This document shows, one piece after another, positions 53,801 to 59,800 of a stretch of 64,000 nucleotides of DNA. The notes beneath the pieces were generated by a model, which was given only the letters and a program-made list of their open reading frames with translations, did not search any database and was not told where the DNA came from. Both the position numbers and the translations under genes were made by a program. Origin of the DNA: Octopus bimaculoides (taxonomy: Eukaryota); assembly GCF_001194135.2 (NCBI RefSeq), contig NC_069002.1, positions 30,357,129-30,421,128 of the forward strand, written 5' to 3'. Position 1 is the stretch's first letter. Every line of letters begins with the position of its first letter.

Positions 53801-56800
53801 NNNNNNNNNNNNNNNNNNNNNNNNNNNNNNNNNNCACGCAGCGGTGATTGTCAGAAACAAGAAAGCAAGATCCAAGAATTTCGCACTTACCTGACTGCGA
53901 TGATTGAAACTTTCAAAGATTAAGTCCAACACACGATCTGGGTCTTTTACCTGCAAAACAGAAAATATATCAAATAAACAAGGTCAGGTATGAAGGAGAC
54001 TGGCACACAGGCTGTCTCTATGGCAGGGTGGGGATTAACCATTTAACATTTAAACCAGGGGTTCTCAACCATTTTTTTATCTATGGACCCCTTTGAGTAC
54101 TCTTTTGTTCTGGTGGACCCCCATAGCCATTCAATCATCATCATCATCGTTTACCGTCCGCTTTCCATGCTAGCATGGGTTGGACGAGTCAGTGATATCT
54201 TCCAGCTGGAAACAACACAAACAGCACGTGCACACACACACACAATTTGAGAGTGAAGAAGCAGAAATAAATTATTTACCTTTCTGATAAGAAAACCGAA
54301 ACTTTCAGCAGCAAATCTCCGGATGTAAGGTCTGTTGTTGGCATCAAGTATTGGTGAATAGTAGCTGGTGGTGGAGTAAAGGAGAGAGAGAAGGAGATGA
54401 AGAACATATAGAAATGAAGAATCTCAAGTTCAAATTTTGGCTGGAACCATGAATAACATGACAACATAGTAAACAATGTTTACCTACACAAAATTGTACT
54501 CAAGAAGACACATCTACCACAGTAGAAATGATACCAGTGCTGGTATCACAAAAAATGCACTCATGCTGGGGCCACATTAATACTAGAAGTACCAAGTGGT
54601 CATTTATGACTGCTTTTGGTTTTTACTTAATTTCTACAACTGTATTGAATGTACAGTCACGTTACAGTTGAGTTACCGAATCTGACATTGTTTGATGGGA
54701 TATCTGGGCTGTGTGAATTTTGAGAGATTTTTTTCCCACATTTTTTTCTGTGGCAATTTTTTTTTCAACTTTTAAAATGGATAACAGTTTCATGCTATCA
54801 AGCAGTGATTCTGAATTTGGGGGCTTTTCAATGGAAGATATGGAGAAATAAATCAAATGCAAGCTTGTTTGAAGCGAACAGTACAGAAACAAACCGTTAT
54901 GTAGAAAGTAAACAAACCAAGAAAAAAGATAGCTTGTGGTTTACCTGCATTTACCTGTAATTAGAATCACTTTGAGACAAAAATTATGCAACAGAATTGA
55001 TTAAGAACCTTTACTTTAATTGTGTTCCAAAAATCACATTAATTTATGAAACCAATCTATATTCATAATGATTTTAGAATTTAATTGAAACTCATAAGGG
55101 GTAGAAATATAGTAACGAAAGGGTTAACAGAATCTGCCCTGGTGCTCACATTCAGAGGAGGATCTGAAAACGACAAGATCTCATTCTCTCTACCAATCTC
55201 AAAGATGTTGCTACAAGAACTATGGAGACGGCCTTCCCCCAACTCAGAATAACACAAAAAATATTTGCTTGGTTTTCTTTTTATCTTTTCAAATATAAAA
55301 AGTGCCAGTGCCACATAAAAGCACCCGCACCAATGCCAGTGCCAAATTCTTTTTGGAGTATTTGCAATGTGGGAGCAACATGGAAAAAATATGGCATTTG
55401 GTGCTGGTGCCAGGTAAAAAGCACCCAGTACACTCTGTGGTATGGTTGGTGTTAGGAAGGGCATCTAGCCATAGAAACCTTGCCTAAACAGACAACTGGA
55501 GCTCCAGCTGACCAGGTCTTGTCAAACTGTCCAACCCATACCAGCATGGAGAATGGACATTAAATGATGATGATGACGAAATGAATGGATCTGTTTCTTA
55601 CCCAAAAACTGTTTTGATGTCCTTCACCATATAACGCCAGAGGAATTTGAATAAATATGAAAGACAAGTGAAGATCATTTCAAGAAGAGACACGTTTCGA
55701 GGATGTGTTTTGAGTAAATCAATCATCACATTGAACACGTTGTGGAAGTGTTTGTAGAAATCGTGCTGAAGATCTTTGGCAAGTTGGACCACCAAACTGG
55801 AATGGAAGAAAGAACAAAGTCACAACATCAATATTATATACAGTTCAATACACCAATATTACAATTCAATAGCATTCATTCTTTCGTTCATCCATGTCCT
55901 CCCTTTTGTTCACCATTTTGTTCACTCTGGCACCCCATCACTACCTTCCTTTTATCTCCTTCAGCCAAGCATCTCCTCTACAACAACACATCTGTGCTTG
56001 TCCTTCTATGATACTTTAGCCTTTCAATAATGTGGCCGTCCTGGAAGGGACAATGTTACTGTTGTTTTAGCCCCAAGAAACATCGTTTCTAGCTACTTAT
56101 ACAACACAATATCTGAGTCCTTAACCTTTCCTGTGTGTATGTGTGTGTTTGTGCATGTTGGTGTGTGCTTTTATATATGTATGTGGAGGCGCAATGGCCT
56201 AGTGGTTAGGGCAGCGGACTCGCGGTTTCGATTCCCAGACCGGGCGTTGTGAGTGTTTATTGAGCGAAAACACCTAAAGCTCCACAAGGCTCCGGCAGGG
56301 GATGGTGGTGAACCCTGCTGTACTCTTTCACCACAACTTTCTCTCACTCTTACTTCCTGTTTCTGTTGTGCCTGTAATTCAAAGGGTCAGCCTTGTCACA
56401 CTGAATATCCCCAAGAACTACGTTAAGGGTACACGTGTCTGTGGAGTGCTCAGCCACTTGCACGTTAATTTCACGAGCAGGCTGTTCCGTTGATCGGATC
56501 AACAGGAACCCTCGACGTCATAAGCGACGGAGTGCCAACAACTTCCTGTATGTATGTATGTACATGCCAGGTTTCTCATGGGAGCTGAAAACATCTCATG
56601 GTGTCTGAGCAAAAAACCAAAAAAACTGATGAAATAACGCAAAACAATTTAGTAATTTGGTTTTCTTAATATGAAAACTAGAATTGGCAGCAGAAGAAAT
56701 GCCAAAAAATGGTAATTGGAAGACTGAAAAATGAAGGAGAAAATGTGAAAAACTTACTCCAGAAGAGCTTCATATGCCATACTGTTTGGAACTGAGAGAT

Positions 56801-59800
56801 GTTTTATCAAGGTGGCAACAATCTGGTCCTGAAAAATATGTAAAAGACATAAGTCTTTGACTGGTGACATAAGTTTAACCCTTACATTATTTACATTTGA
56901 CGGATATTTGTCCTCATCTTGTTTGTTGTTAACACAACGTTTCGGCTGATATACCCTCCAGCCTTTGTCAAGTGTCTTGGGGAAATTTCGAACCTGGGTT
57001 CCCCAAGACACCTAACGAAGGCTGGAGGGTATATCAGCCAAAACGTTGTGTTAACAACAAACAAGATGAGGACAAATATCCGTCAAATGTAAATAATGTA
57101 AATAATTCCTCATCTCTTAAATATAGAACTGTATAAGTTTAACCCTTTAGCATTCAGATTATTCTATCATAATGTAATACTTAATCATTCATATTGTTTT
57201 TAGTAAATCATGCATTATCTCATAGCTTCGAAATTTCAATCAGCGTTGCCTTCCTGGCACTTGTAAAGATAGTAATATAAATATGTAGCCATGCAAAGTT
57301 GTAAATGCACACATACACACACACATGTAAACATGTAGCAACAAAATATATCTTACTTCATGATGAACAAGTTGAACAAATGTTCTCGACTGGCTAGCAA
57401 TGTCTGCCACAAAAGTCTCTGAAAATAAGAAAAAACATAAAATACATTGTAAAAAGAAAACTTCAAAACCATTCTTCGTTACTCCAGGGATCTTTAAACA
57501 GAATGACTCAAATACAGTTGTCAATTATATGGTTTAGAGCAGTCCATTTAATGAGGAGAGATGTAACAACATAGCTAAAATACTATAGTAATTTGGATGG
57601 TCGAGAGCAGTCCATTTAATGAGAAGTGGAGGTGTCGCAGAATTGGTAAAACACTTACTGTAGTCATTTGTATGATTAAGGGAAGTCCATTTAATGAGGG
57701 CAGCCTGAAAATATGTTTCATAATCCTGAAAAAATAAAAAATAAAAAACATATAAATAAGAAGCCTGTCATATATATATGTGAGTGTGTGTATGTATATG
57801 TGTATATACAAGACAGCTGCATAAAGAAGTGCCAAGATCTAATCGTGAAGGGTACCTGTGGAAAGGGTAGACCCAGGAAGATGTGGGATGAATTGGTGAA
57901 AAACAATCTTCGAGTGCTGGGCCTCATTGAGGAAATGACAAGAGACTGGGAGATGTGGCGATTTGGTGTATTTGATAAGACACATTAAGCTAAGTCAAAT
58001 CGCAGTCTTGCACACATGCAGGCTTGTCCTTCCAGGTGCTGGTACCACTTAAAAAGCACCTGTGCTGGGTTGGACAGCTTGACATGAACTGGTAAGGCCA
58101 GGGGCCACACCAAGTTCCATGGTCTGTTTTGGCTTGGTTTCTACAGTAGGCTGCCCATCCTAATGCCAACCACTCCACAGAGTGTACTGGGTGCTTTTTA
58201 CATAGCACCAGCACTCACACCAATGTTCTTTACATGGCCCCTTGGTTTTAGAATCTCAATTCTGTTGTGGTTGGCAGGTCTCCTGAGTACAGAAATACAC
58301 CACCTATCTTAGTCCTCGGTCACCTCCTTTGTAAGGATCAGCATTTTGAGATCAACCTTCAAAACTTTGTCCCATGTCTTCCTGGGTCCCCCTCTTCCAC
58401 AACTTCCCTCCAAGTAATCAGCACTTTTTATGCATCCCATGATCAAACTAGCACAGTCTCCTACCTTGCACACTGCATATAATTCCTCTTATGCCCAACT
58501 TCTCACTCAATACACCAATGCCCCATCACACACGCAGACACTGACATCGCACATCCAGCAGAGCATTCCAGCTTTCGCATGTCCTCTGCATCCAGGGTGC
58601 ACATCTCACTACCATGTAGCACTGCACTCCATATAGTTTAATCAAGAGGATACAAGAACAGATTTACAAAAACCGTAATCATAACCTTTCTGTAGTAATA
58701 CTGATGTGTGAAATCCAAAGATGAAAATATTCTTACCTCACTGTCTTCTATTGGTTGTCGTATCTTATGTACAACATCGATCTTTACTGCAGCAACGCGA
58801 TCAGAAAACTTCTTGAACTAAAAACAAAGAGATAGGTTAGAGTTGAATGGACAGTTTTCTTAAAATATTTCTGTAGAAATTAACAGATTTGTTTCAATTA
58901 GTTTTAAAAATAATGAAAAATTTGTCAAAGCAATTTTGTAATTATTAACTCTTTAATATTCTGAGTACTTCATCAAATTTAATGCTTTTTAATTCACACA
59001 GTTTTGAAGTAATCATGCATTATCTTGTAGCTTTAAGATTTTCATGATGTGGTAGCTTATTTTAAGAATAACATTGTAGGGTAGGTGTGAGAGGCTGAAT
59101 ATGGCCAGTCTGAACATAAAACAAGTAGAATATTTGGGCCGGAAACGGCCAGTTTAAATACTAAAGGGTTAAGCTGTGTTTGAAACATAATTATTTTAAA
59201 ATGAAATTTTCATGGAAGGTTTTAATTTAGATCACTTTAATCCTTTTGTTACCATATTTCTGTTGAAATACATTGCCTTTGTTTCAATAAATTTTGAATT
59301 ATTAAACTGATATTTGGAACAAATTAGCATCAAATTCTGATGGAAGGTCTTAATTTAAATCATTTTAACCCATGTCAACTATATTTCTGTTGAAATAAGC
59401 AGCCTTTCTGTCAACTGATTTTGAGAATAACGAAGAATTTTAGTAAGGTAATTTAGTTAATATTAAGCAGGTGTTTTGGAACATAACTATTTTAATGTAA
59501 TTTTTAATTTAGATCAGTGTAAAACAGAAAGTTTAATCAGGACCAAAGACAGTCTCAGAAACGTATGTATCAAAAGTGGAATTCTGGTTTAAGCACCCCC
59601 GTATAACCCCTCATAATGTTGTTATTTGTTTGGAATTTTCAGAAAACTTTTGCGAATTTGTATTCCAGACACAGGAATTCATATGATTATAAAAAAAAAA
59701 TTTTATCCCACCTCTTAATCCTAAAAGTTCCACTCTTTTCCCAATTTCTTTTTTTAAATAAGTTTAAAGTACAGACAGTCTGAATTTCTTTTGCTTAAAT

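Noticed and set aside
56185-56250. tRNA gene (also 42680-42744, 17140-17220)
   Set aside because: SINE heads: no complete cloverleaf, run straight into SINE body
56620-56690. CTGATGA...GAAAACTAG
   Set aside because: Stem II not closed and no A15.1-U16.1 pair
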